NCBI GenBank assembly: GCA_002811645.1
Contig: PDIP01000067.1
Span: 54,550 to 118,549 of the forward strand
Reading direction: 5' to 3'
Source: Corallochytrium limacisporum Hawaii
Taxonomy: Eukaryota > Protista > Pluriformea
DNA: 64,000 nt
The translations under genes and the position numbers were made by a program. Of this stretch, positions 52,901 through 63,210 are shown one piece after another. Each line of letters begins with the position of its first letter. Position 1 is the first letter of the stretch. The notes beneath the pieces are model-generated. The model was not told the origin of the DNA. It did not search any database and saw nothing but the letters and a program-made list of their open reading frames with translations.

Positions 52901-54288
52901 TTAAGCCCCCTCTTCTTTCTCCCTTCCCTGTCTTGGGCAATAAAACTGACCTCTATATACTTCATTAGGATAGCCGAGTCGCAATACTTTTGTGGGTACG
53001 ACCGCAACAATTGGGACACAATGACTTTCATAGCCAATCGGGCTTCTTCCTTGATGTCCTTCAGCGCCGCGAAGTCGCCCCCCCTTGGTAAGGTTGGAAA
53101 CCTCTCCAGTAGGTATGTCAATAAAATCGCCCTGGATCCAAGCCTTAACACCAACTCTGTCCTCATTGTAGACCACGTCACCGGCAATGAAAACGTGAAC
53201 TTGGGTCTGTGCAGTGTAGACAGTAACGTTCACAATGGATAGTGGTGGGATATGGATGGTGGAATCCCACTTCTGGGAAACTGTTGTGCTTGTGGTTCCG
53301 GTATTTGTTGTTGTATACGCCGTGGCAAACGTATTGGATAGGCCTGTCTTGATAGTAGAGGTAGCCTCGACATCAGCAATGCCCCCAAACTTTGTGCTAG
53401 CTTTCGTACTGTATGGCATCTATGGCTGGACTCCCATTGTGGAAACAATGCTGGGTACAGGTATAGTTCTACCGTTCCGGGGGATGGGGTGGGGGGGGGG
53501 GCTGTCAGTTTTTTTTTATTGGTTTTTCCGGCCCATGTTGACCATTTCGCTCTCCACCAATCACCTGTGGTTCTCCAAAAGAACAATCGTGGACAAAGGT
53601 TATCGAGAAAACGGTCCCAGTTCCGGTGGTACATTAACTACCCAATTTCATCCAGCACAGATGGTGACCCGGTCATCAGGTCCTGAGCAGCTGACGTCCA
53701 TCTTTGTTCCTAAAACTCAACATGCGTATTGGATGGCACCAGCCATACACGCCCCATTCCCCCGTTTTCTTCAATGCTCAGTCAGGGGGGGTTCCCTATA
53801 TGGCCATGTGGATCTTTTCGTCCGCCCAACAGACCGCTTGTCGTGTGCACAGAGTCACTTTCAAGGTTTGCCCCAATATGCCGTCAGAGTTTGTTTCCCT
53901 TGCTGTCCATGTGTCAATAGTAAGACTATAGGTCCAATTTCATCGAATAGGGGGTGTGCATCTGTGGCATTACGATCGTCCGCTGCTAAAAGATCTACTC
54001 GCATCCAAAATACACTCTTACCAGGTTCCTTTTTGGTTCATCATTGCTCATTGACAATACTAAATGTACTGGACTAAATGGACAGTGTTTACAATTTCTT
54101 GCATACCCCCTATTTGGTCACATTCTGGTCAGGCGTCGACCCGTATTACGGCAAACAGAGACGGCGAGTAGACAATCTGCCACCAGACACTGTCACACAG
54201 TACATTCTGTTCGTGCCCATCGATTGCCTGTTTGAGTCAAAGCGACGAAGAGCCAAAGAACGAATGGCGACCGGAACTCGGACCTCAT
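52901..54288 (-). pseudogene. Decayed aerolysin/ETX-MTX2-type beta-pore-forming protein gene
   Basis: ORF 52901-53419 has STKASTKFGGIADVEATSTIKTGLSNTFATAYTTTNTGTTSTTVSQKWDSTIHIPPLSIVNVTV. Upstream fragments lie in other frames with stops; a signal-like MRSEFRSPFVLWLFVALTQ starts at 54288. The 5' limit is tentative. Confidence 0.6.
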
Positions 54289-57200
54289 ACTGAATGTACA
54301 CAAAATTGTCACCGCGGTTGCCTTTGGTCGGCCGGGTGTTACCCGTCGGAGCTCGCGCTCAACGCCCACAGAGGGGCTGTGCCAATACTTCTTACATAGT
54401 AAGCGCACCAAAATTTTGCGCTTCACAAGAAATTGGCGGGTCACTTTATGTCTTTTCTCTTTCGTCTTCTCGTTTCTTATCACTGAGCGAGCGCCATCCC
54501 GCTGGTCTCCACCCAACGGACCTTCGGTAGTAGCAAAAAATATTGTACGTGTTGTCCCCCGTCCGCAACCGGCGGCCACAGGGCTGGTTGACTGACACCC
54601 ACTAAGCACCTACCAAAAGCTGCGCCCCTGCCACCTTTTTGGGCCACTACCAATGTTAGGTTCTTTTGAATTATCTTTTTTTTGGGAACGTAACAGAATA
54701 TTGTCCCTAGCAATGTATTTTCTATTCATAATCTGAGTGCGGAGAATGTTAGGAGCATCTTATCCGATTGGACCATCTCGGTGAGGGCCCCGTACCAACG
54801 CCTATGTGTAGCATTCAGGAGCGATTGATACGGGAACAAACACACGGCGGTTAAGGAATACAGGGACAACTTGAAATTCATTGCACCGTAGCATACGTTT
54901 GCTCTCTCAGTGATGATCGATGAGTGCGGGCAGCTATGCGATGCTACTGGATGCGACCACCAATCCCGACGTCTGATATGATCAATTCCAGTTTGCAGCT
55001 TGATATCCGTAAGTCCCTACTCGAATGTGTATCAACGGAGCATATGCCAGGTCAACCAGGTGCGCGAGTCGGCGGAGTTGCGAAACAATCCATGCACCTA
55101 AAGGTTCTCGATTTCAAGCTGTGCATGCTAAACATGCAATGTAAAGGCTCATAAACGAAATGAGGTGCCTCGCGCACCCCGGACTTTTCTGTAGGGTGTG
55201 CGCACACGTTTTCCTTACGTGCTATTCCGCTATCGAGCGTTTCATGTATGTTCTACCGCGGGTGTTCTGTGTCTTCTCTATCGCATGCTTCCAAGATTCC
55301 CAGGACAATGAATAGTACCGAAAGGGAAAGCCCCACGCTTCTTTTTTCTCCAGACAGCAGCGATGACATAACAAGCCGCGCATTGAAACACCATATACGC
55401 ACTATGGAGTATTGTCGACCTTAAATGCAGAGATCAATATGCTGCCAACTTTCTGTTTCAAAGACATTTCTTATGTTTCAGAACACACACCGCAAGAAAA
55501 AAAATTTGCTCTCCACCTCATAGCCTCTGACCTCGCAGGCCCCACGCAGGCTCATTCATACATAGTGTTTTACTGGCATGACCTTCACACAGCAATTCTG
55601 TGGGGGAGGGGGGAGGGTTTTGTTGCGGAGAGAGAACTTTGATTCCAGAAGGGAAGCCAAGGGAGGCGGCGGGCCGAAACGGAGGGGTTGGGATGGGGGG
55701 GGTTTTGGGAGCACTGAGAATCTCTGGCCTCGAAAACGATGAGACTGCAGGGCATCACTGTAATTCCTGAAAAACAGACTGGATGGCAAGTGACTAAATC
55801 TCGTGGAGTGTGATTAACAGCTCTGATAGTCCCTGTCTGTTTGCGTACTATCCGTAGCCGTTCTCCCCGTAAGAAGTCTTCGGGATTCTAGTTTCGAAAG
55901 CGGTGGTGCCAAACACCTTGCCTCTGCTTTCCATCGTGGGTTGAAGCCCTTCCTTCAGGGTTCTGAGGAGAAGGGGGAGGGGGGGGGGGGGTGGGTTGGG
56001 GGGGGNNNNNNNNNNNNNNNNNNNNNNNNNNNNNNNNNNNNNNNNNNNNNNNNNNNNNNNNNNNNNNNNNNNNNNNNNNNNNGAGGGGGGGGGGGGTTAA
56101 TTGGGGGAGGAGTCTAATTGCGCCGACACGGCGGATCGTCTCGTCCGACCACCGAGCAGGCCCCTACAGACGGAACCTGCTCTTCGTTGAGTACTCATGC
56201 CAAAACCCATGCTCTCCATTCGGGTAGAGCGGAGTGTGTGTGTCTTCTCTCTCGTGGCCCCCGCTTCTTCTCTCCCCCCTTGTCCGTTGTTGTCGTTTCT
56301 CTCCAAGGGTCCGCTATATTTGGTATTGAAAGAACCGATCTAGTTCGCGATTTCTTATTTTCGAGGACCCCAGAGGCTGTTCTTTGTTCTTCCTGTGCCC
56401 CGAAGGGGCGGGGGGATAGGTTGGGTAGCGGTCGGAGAGACGAGAGCAGGGGGGAAGGTGCAGACAGCCAATAGCCCTTCTTGTATTATATTCCCCTTGT
56501 CCGCCCATAGTCGCGGGGTACAGCCCAGGGTGGGCACCATTAACCAGGAGATGCTCTGTGGTACAGGTCGGCACGGCCGCTCTGATCGGCCCCCAGGGAA
56601 TAAAACCAACCCAAAAGCCAGCAACAGGGCCAATGTTCTGTCCTGTGGCCCATGTAACCGGCTTCACCATATATGCCCGGGGAGTATTATCCTTTAAGAG
56701 ATCTGAATGTATATAACAAATATATATTATTTTTTTGCCGCTGACCATTCACTTTCATATTTGGTGTTTTCCACTCCAACCCATAGTTTCCGCATTAGGT
56801 TCCACTTGCTCTCGGGTTGGTCAAAGAGGATTGCGTTCGGGTGCACGAATGCGAGAGAACATTTGGGGAAGCCATTCCGATGTTCCGCACCGATTCTTAT
56901 AGGTCCTTATCAGTACAAGACGGTATCATGCATACTCAATATACTTACGTTTATACTGCTCTGAGGAGAGTCTGTAGTCTTATCTCAGAAACGCCGAAGA
57001 CGTTTAGGGGGGGGGGGGAAGAGCACGAGCATTGGGAGGGAACTAGCGAAGAAGGAGAAGGGGGAAAGGGATCAGTTCCCACCTTGACACTGTTGTATTG
57101 CCGTGCGCGCAATTGAAATTGGACACCCTTGGCCTTGGGTCGAGGCTCACCAATGGGCACAGAGCGAACAGCCGATGGTCTTGAGAGTGAAGTTTCATCC

Positions 57201-57339
57201 GTAGGTGAAATACAGTTTCTACTACTTAAAATTGTAATGTGAACCATGTGTATATGGCAGATGCCTTTCCAATAGTAATCTCGGTGCATTTCGGGAACGG
57301 GACATAGTAGTCCCTTTGAATACGGAACACACAGCAGAC

Positions 57340-60300
57340 ATGTACATAACACAGACGAACACGTCGGTGCGGGCGCTGACGAGTGTGCTGCTGGCGGCCA
57401 CTCTGGGATACGTCTCCGCTGCAGAGGTCAAAGTTGACCAGCGGTGCCTGATCGTGAAGAAGAACACCGCCAGTGCATCAAAATGGTTTCACGACCCTCA
57501 GAGCGAGTTCCCAATTCTCCAGCTCGACTGGATGGAGCACCCATATGAAGTGCTGGTTGTTAATGCTGATGGTAGTCGATTTATCCAGCGTTTCGACCCC
57601 ACACAGGAGCACTACGCAAACGATGATCCTTCCTGCTGTGACCTACCCACATGGTACAAAGACTACGGGTTCAGCTTTGACACCGACTTATACATTGATG
57701 GAGACAAAGACCATGGGCGGTACTCTTGTTTCTGGTTCGCCGCCACTCAGTACACCAACGACGGTTCTTACTACTACGACGCCATCCCTGAAGCTGACTA
57801 TCTGAAGGTTGACGACTACATGGCGAAGTTTGGAGTACGGGCCGTTTACAACACTCCTGATGCTGAGCGCTTGCCGGGTATTGTCGGTGTCAACAATGGG
57901 CAATGGTTGCCTACAGAATTGAATGCTAACATGCGCCCTAACAAAATCGCCCAGCGCTGGACCAAGGCTTTCAGTAACGAGACTCTGGACGAGATTATCT
58001 TTGACTTCTCTCTCCCATCGGTGACTTCCCACAACTCCGTAACTGTCCGTGGCGACCGCGCCACTGCTGTGGTACAGGAATCAACCATGAATGCCACTTT
58101 CCTGTCCCATCATGAGCTTGAGAACGGTGCCGAGGCCATGGCCATTTGGCTGGATACCAGCGCCTGGATGCAGGCCCATGTCGAAATGAGCTACATCTAT
58201 TTTGATTTTCTCATGCATGGAGACTGGAAGGACAGGAGCGGTCCCATCTGGCCAGGTCAGCGCCGTCTGCATATGCTGTCCAAGGTCTGGAATCACAAGG
58301 CCTTTGTTGAGATCCGTTCTCCTCTCTGTGTACATCTGTCATCCTTCTGCAGATACGGTGAGGGTTCCGGTCGTTTCGTGCACGACATTGTCGACATCAC
58401 GAGCCGCCTGGAATACCCCGAACCGCCGTACATCTGCTGGTGCCGCGACATTGAGGTTTGCAGTTGTGCTCTGGACGATCCCTATTGGGGTGAGTTCGAG
58501 GGTGACAACGTGAACTGGGAGATCTACGATGGTCGCCGTGACTGTAATCTAGTTGTGACCACCACTGTGGATGTCCAAGACGGCAAGATGGACGAGATCA
58601 CTGGCCTAGAAGTTAATGCTGGCCGCTCTGGGTGCACTCTGCCCTTCACTAACATGCACAAGATCCCCAACCTGATTATCCCAGACGTCGAGCAGCACAT
58701 TGATGGGTTGCGTGACAAGAATGGTCCTGAGTTTACCATTGAGATCCCCATTACCGAGGGTCGCACGGTATTTGAGTTTGGCGAGGACTATGGTATTGAC
58801 TGTATCACCTCCGAATGGTCCGAATGGTCCGGTTGTGACGACGCCTGCCTGCGGAACCGGACCCGCGAGGTTCTGTTTGAGAACACCGGCAACGGTGCAG
58901 AGTGTGGCGATCTCTTGGAGGAGGACGAAGAGTTTTGCGAGCCAGACAAAGATTGTGCCTTGCACTGCACTCTTGGTGACTGGAGCGACTGGGGTATCTG
59001 TGAAGAGTCTTGTGAGCAGACCCGCACCCGCGAAATCATTGAGCAGTTCGGCCCTGTCTGTCCTGATCGTCTCCTGTCCGACACCCGGGACTGCTTCGCC
59101 GATGAATGCATCAGCTACTGTGAAATGACGGAGTGGTCCGAATGGGACCCATGCGGCCCGGACTGCACCCAGACCCGTGCCCGCTCTATTCTTAATCTGC
59201 CGTTGAACACACCTGACTGTCCCAGTGAGCTCGTTGACGAGCGCGTATGCTCCGATGGTCTCTGCCCTGGCCCAATTGACTGCGAGGCCGGTGAGGAATT
59301 CCTGCTCACAGGCACCTGCAACTTGGAATGTCAGTTGCCTTACAGTCGGCAGATCGAGCGCGAGGCAAACGTGCTAGGTCAGAACTGTACGGACCTTCAA
59401 AAGGCCGACACGTGCGATTCCGGTACTTGCCAGGATGGTGATGTCTTTGCCCGACCCGATCGTACTATCAAGATCATCTTCAATCCCGTTGTGGCCGTGC
59501 CTGAAGGTGCACCCGCTGAAGGTACCCCCGAACTCGATTCCTACATGGAGGACATGATGTTCGACCAATGTGTGCTTCAATTTGAGGGCTTGATCCTTGA
59601 TGCTCTTGAAGAAGATGCAACACCGTTTGAGGTTCACGATGTGGTCGTCACCGGTGTATTGATTACCCAAATGGTTCCCGCACGTGGCAACGCCTTTAAC
59701 AGCACTGATGACACCCTGTTTTACCGTGCGCGAACTGAGATAGAGGCTTTCATGGTAGACCGCACTGCCCGCGATGACTCGAAAGGTGCTGTGGAGGGCA
59801 CAAATAAGAATGCCAACATTGCGAAGACCGAAGAGGGGGCCGCGTTCCTCAATGTCCACACCAGCGCGATTCGTTCAGATTCACTAACTGTCGATCCTAG
59901 CAGTGGAAGTGACGATAAGACCACCATGATTATTGTCATCGTGGCCTCAGTGTGCGGTGGCATCCTCCTGATTGGTGGTTTGGTCTTTGTACGCAAGTAC
60001 CGTAAGAAACAGATGAAAAAGAAGCTTATGGGAGGTGATTTCAAGGACCCTGTCTCTGACTCCCATCGCGACGACAGCCACGATGGCTCCGAGTTCGACT
60101 CACAGATGGTCTTGCCCGAGCCTGCCGCTGTGCCGGTCACTGAACGAAACGAAAGTCTTACAAAGCGCCGCTCCGAAGGCTCCCTAGACGAACTCTTCGC
60201 GAACCTCGACGATGAGAACTACCGGCCTAGTCGCAGCAGCGGTGAGAACCGCACGGATCCCACTTATGAGCATGATACCGAGGCTGATGACTGGTGGGAA

Positions 60301-60342
60301 CCTAACCGTGCCCGCCACACCAAGATCACCACCGTCTTGTAA
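57340..60342 (+). CDS. Type I membrane protein: signal peptide, Agd3-like N-terminal region, four spondin-type TSP1 repeats, TM helix, acidic tail
   Basis: Signal peptide ...VLLAATLGYVSA; WSEWSGC, WSDWGIC and WSEWDPC each followed by RxR; TM MIIVIVASVCGGILLIGGLVFV then RKYRKK; tail ends ITTVL. Confidence 0.88.
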   Translation: MYITQTNTSVRALTSVLLAATLGYVSAAEVKVDQRCLIVKKNTASASKWFHDPQSEFPILQLDWMEHPYEVLVVNADGSRFIQRFDPTQEHYANDDPSCCDLPTWYKDYGFSFDTDLYIDGDKDHGRYSCFWFAATQYTNDGSYYYDAIPEADYLKVDDYMAKFGVRAVYNTPDAERLPGIVGVNNGQWLPTELNANMRPNKIAQRWTKAFSNETLDEIIFDFSLPSVTSHNSVTVRGDRATAVVQESTMNATFLSHHELENGAEAMAIWLDTSAWMQAHVEMSYIYFDFLMHGDWKDRSGPIWPGQRRLHMLSKVWNHKAFVEIRSPLCVHLSSFCRYGEGSGRFVHDIVDITSRLEYPEPPYICWCRDIEVCSCALDDPYWGEFEGDNVNWEIYDGRRDCNLVVTTTVDVQDGKMDEITGLEVNAGRSGCTLPFTNMHKIPNLIIPDVEQHIDGLRDKNGPEFTIEIPITEGRTVFEFGEDYGIDCITSEWSEWSGCDDACLRNRTREVLFENTGNGAECGDLLEEDEEFCEPDKDCALHCTLGDWSDWGICEESCEQTRTREIIEQFGPVCPDRLLSDTRDCFADECISYCEMTEWSEWDPCGPDCTQTRARSILNLPLNTPDCPSELVDERVCSDGLCPGPIDCEAGEEFLLTGTCNLECQLPYSRQIEREANVLGQNCTDLQKADTCDSGTCQDGDVFARPDRTIKIIFNPVVAVPEGAPAEGTPELDSYMEDMMFDQCVLQFEGLILDALEEDATPFEVHDVVVTGVLITQMVPARGNAFNSTDDTLFYRARTEIEAFMVDRTARDDSKGAVEGTNKNANIAKTEEGAAFLNVHTSAIRSDSLTVDPSSGSDDKTTMIIVIVASVCGGILLIGGLVFVRKYRKKQMKKKLMGGDFKDPVSDSHRDDSHDGSEFDSQMVLPEPAAVPVTERNESLTKRRSEGSLDELFANLDDENYRPSRSSGENRTDPTYEHDTEADDWWEPNRARHTKITTVL

Positions 60343-60895
60343 GGGAGCAACACAGACTACCACAATTCCATTTTCCATCATTCTCCATATAATTCCATAC
60401 ATGACATCCTATTCGAAAACCCTTTCGATTCTACAACATAGAATAGATTACGCTATAGTAACTGTACAAATTAGTATCGCGAGCGCTTGTTTTTGACCAC
60501 TTTTTTTCTTTTCTCCTCGGTCTGTATATGCTCATCGAGTGTGCAAGGGGCCTTTCATGTTTCACGTCACCCCGTTTATGTGCAATTTCAGTCCCGTGTC
60601 ACCAGACCCAACTCGCCAGAGATGGGAGGAGAAAAGGGGAGGAACGGACTGCTGCCCCCCCCTTCCAAGGGCTGGGCAAGGGGGAACCCGCGTGTACCCT
60701 TGCAAGGTCCAAAAGGCAGCAGGGGTTAGAAAGGATTTTATCGATTTTATCCTTACCATAAATCGAACATTACTTGGTTGATCACCATACAGAGCACGCA
60801 TACAAGGTATGGTGAAAGCACATGTTACAGCCATCGGGAGATCATATTGAGCAGACTATGTGAAGCAGACAACGATGCTTCAAAATTGATATATC

Positions 60896-61909
60896 ATGGG
60901 CAAATCCAAGAAACCCGTGGACCGGGCTGGGACGGATCAGAAACGGTTGAAGCTGGCGATCGAAAAACAGACACCTTGTATAACTTCGAATCCGAAGCTC
61001 TCCAAAGGACAGAAGAAGCGCATCCGTTTGAAACGGAGAATGGAAGAAGCAAAGGCCAAGGGGGTGACCTTGAAACCGACCACGCAGCAGCTCAAGAAGA
61101 AGGAACGCAAGAGGGCCAAAAAAGAGGCGAACACAGGTGCAAGGTCTCCAGCACGTGAGAACCAACAGCAAGCCAAAAATCAGGCAGAGTCTGTCAATAG
61201 AAGTGCAACAGGATCAGACAAAACCAAGAGAAGTAGCGGAACTATTCTGGATAAATTTAGGGAGAAACTCTCCGGTAGTCAGTTTCGTATGATCAACGAA
61301 AAACTCTACACTACGCACAGTAAGGAAGCCGTCAGCATTGTCAAGCAGAATCCGGAGCTCATGCATGCCTACCATCGTGGTTTTGCACGCCAGGTTAGTC
61401 TGTGGCCCCAGAATCCGGTGGATTCTTGCATTGCTTTGCTCAACAAGAAGGCGCCAGGTCTACACATTGGCGATTTCGGGTGCGGTGAGGCCAAGATTGC
61501 AGCAACCTATCATCAAAGGCACATTGTGCATTCTTTCGACCTTGCGGCGGTAAACGAGTACGTGACAGTTTGTGATATTGCTAATGTGCCCCTGGATGCT
61601 GGAACTTTGGACGTGGCCATCTTCTGTTTGTCGTTGATGGGGTCAAACTACGGTGAGTTCTTGGCAGAGGCACATCGCACGCTAAAACCAAAGGGTGAGC
61701 TCGTCATTGCTGAAGTCAGCAGCCGGATCACTTCTAACGATGACTTTGTGCGCAGTGTGGAAGACATCGGATTCGAATGTAAGAACGTCAGCACAGGCAA
61801 TACGCACTTTGCCATGTTCCGGTTCACCAAGGCCGGGGGAAAAGCTCCAGGCAGGAAGGCTGCCCGGTCTGTCGTGCCTCTGAAGCCGTGTATCTACAAG
61901 CGGCGGTAG
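60896..61909 (+). CDS. RRP8: rRNA m1A methyltransferase Rrp8/nucleomethylin
   Basis: FRMINEKLYT, YHRGF..QV..WPQNPVD, DFGCGEA, FCLSLMG, IAEVSSR, LKPCIYKRR. Confidence 0.96.
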   Translation: MGKSKKPVDRAGTDQKRLKLAIEKQTPCITSNPKLSKGQKKRIRLKRRMEEAKAKGVTLKPTTQQLKKKERKRAKKEANTGARSPARENQQQAKNQAESVNRSATGSDKTKRSSGTILDKFREKLSGSQFRMINEKLYTTHSKEAVSIVKQNPELMHAYHRGFARQVSLWPQNPVDSCIALLNKKAPGLHIGDFGCGEAKIAATYHQRHIVHSFDLAAVNEYVTVCDIANVPLDAGTLDVAIFCLSLMGSNYGEFLAEAHRTLKPKGELVIAEVSSRITSNDDFVRSVEDIGFECKNVSTGNTHFAMFRFTKAGGKAPGRKAARSVVPLKPCIYKRR

Positions 61910-62025
61910 ATTGGAATAGTAACAGTTATTCATGTAGTAGTACTTTGGCATGGTATTTTGATTTGTATTGTCGCTTTTGAAGAGATTCCTCTGTTGGATT
62001 TCTCTCTGTCGGGAGTGTCAATATC

Positions 62026-63210
62026 CTACTGCAACTTCTGCATAGCACGTGTAGGATCTTCATCCCACTCCGCTTTGCTAATCCAAAAGTCAGGCCGGTC
62101 CTTCATAATCTCAGCAAGGACAGCACCGCCATTAAACACCATGTGCTTACGGTTCGGGGGGTCCATGACCTTAATCTTAAATTTGGACAACCGGGAAAGG
62201 TCACCCTTCAGGGTACGCTCGGCATATAGCTGCTTCATCTCACGCTCAATGCGACTTGGGGTGCCCGGATACATTGTGGATCCACCACTGAGCACAACAT
62301 TCTTGTAAAAGGTCGACCGTGTGTCAATATCTGTACTCTGAATGGAGTTGAACAACTGCTCGGCCATGCCGGCCTGTTCGACGTTGATCAGGTGGGGTTG
62401 GAAGAGGGCCTCGGCAGCCTCGAAGCGCTCACTGCCCAACGAAATCACGCGACCGTCTGGTAGCTCGTACTTCTCCATTAGAGTGGTGGTTTCTAATGCG
62501 AGTTTTTGTTCCTGCTTAGTGTCATAGGCTACGTAGCAGAGTTTCTCCTTGATCTGACGCACCGTCTCGTAGTCAGCGCTCTGGTTGAAAGCGTATCCCC
62601 GCAGGAGCAGTAGCTTAATCAAGTAACGAGTAATGTCGCGGCCTGCCACATCAAGACGGCGCATGCTATCCTTCAGGACATGACCCTCATACACAGGAAT
62701 AATATGAGTAACACCATCGCCAGAGTCCACGACCACACCGGTTGTCAGACCCTGGGCGTACAGCACTAGCACGGCCTGGGTACCCACGTACACGCTTTGG
62801 AATCCGTACTTCTCAAACATAATGTCAATCATCTGCTTACGGTTGCTGATTGGATTCCGTGGGGCCTCGGTGAGAAGAACCTTGCATTCCTTCGGGTTGC
62901 TCTTCATACGATCGTAGAAAGTGTGGTCCCAGATCCGCTCCATGTCATCCCAGTGTTTAATGATACCATTCTCCATGGGGTAGCGGAGGTCAAGGTTTGC
63001 CCGATTGTCACTAGCCTCCTGTCCGACCATGATATCATCCAGTTTTGTACTTCCCACAGTGGAGTCTACGCGAAGGAATGGCCGTCCGACCAAACTCGGG
63101 AACATGTCCCGAGGGTACTTGTCGTCGGCGTAGCCGCACTTAACGAAACCGGTACCATTGTCGCAGACAATAGTTGTCTTGCGTAGTTGCTCTACTGTCT
63201 CCATGCCCAT
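62026..63210 (-). CDS. ACTR2: Actin-related protein 2
   Basis: [56 protein letters not shown]. Confidence 0.96.
   Translation of the reverse strand: MGMETVEQLRKTTIVCDNGTGFVKCGYADDKYPRDMFPSLVGRPFLRVDSTVGSTKLDDIMVGQEASDNRANLDLRYPMENGIIKHWDDMERIWDHTFYDRMKSNPKECKVLLTEAPRNPISNRKQMIDIMFEKYGFQSVYVGTQAVLVLYAQGLTTGVVVDSGDGVTHIIPVYEGHVLKDSMRRLDVAGRDITRYLIKLLLLRGYAFNQSADYETVRQIKEKLCYVAYDTKQEQKLALETTTLMEKYELPDGRVISLGSERFEAAEALFQPHLINVEQAGMAEQLFNSIQSTDIDTRSTFYKNVVLSGGSTMYPGTPSRIEREMKQLYAERTLKGDLSRLSKFKIKVMDPPNRKHMVFNGGAVLAEIMKDRPDFWISKAEWDEDPTRAMQKLQ

Noticed and set aside
53235-54077. 280-aa plus-strand ORF
   Set aside because: Antisense shadow of the toxin pseudogene; runs through homopolymers and has no family features.
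54910-54977. C/D-box snoRNA-like GTGATGA...CTGA
   Set aside because: No convincing terminal stem or recognisable rRNA guide.
58285-58352. Possible intron (GT...pyrimidine-rich CTGCAG) in the TSP1 protein gene
   Set aside because: 68 nt would break a frame that is already open; weak donor.
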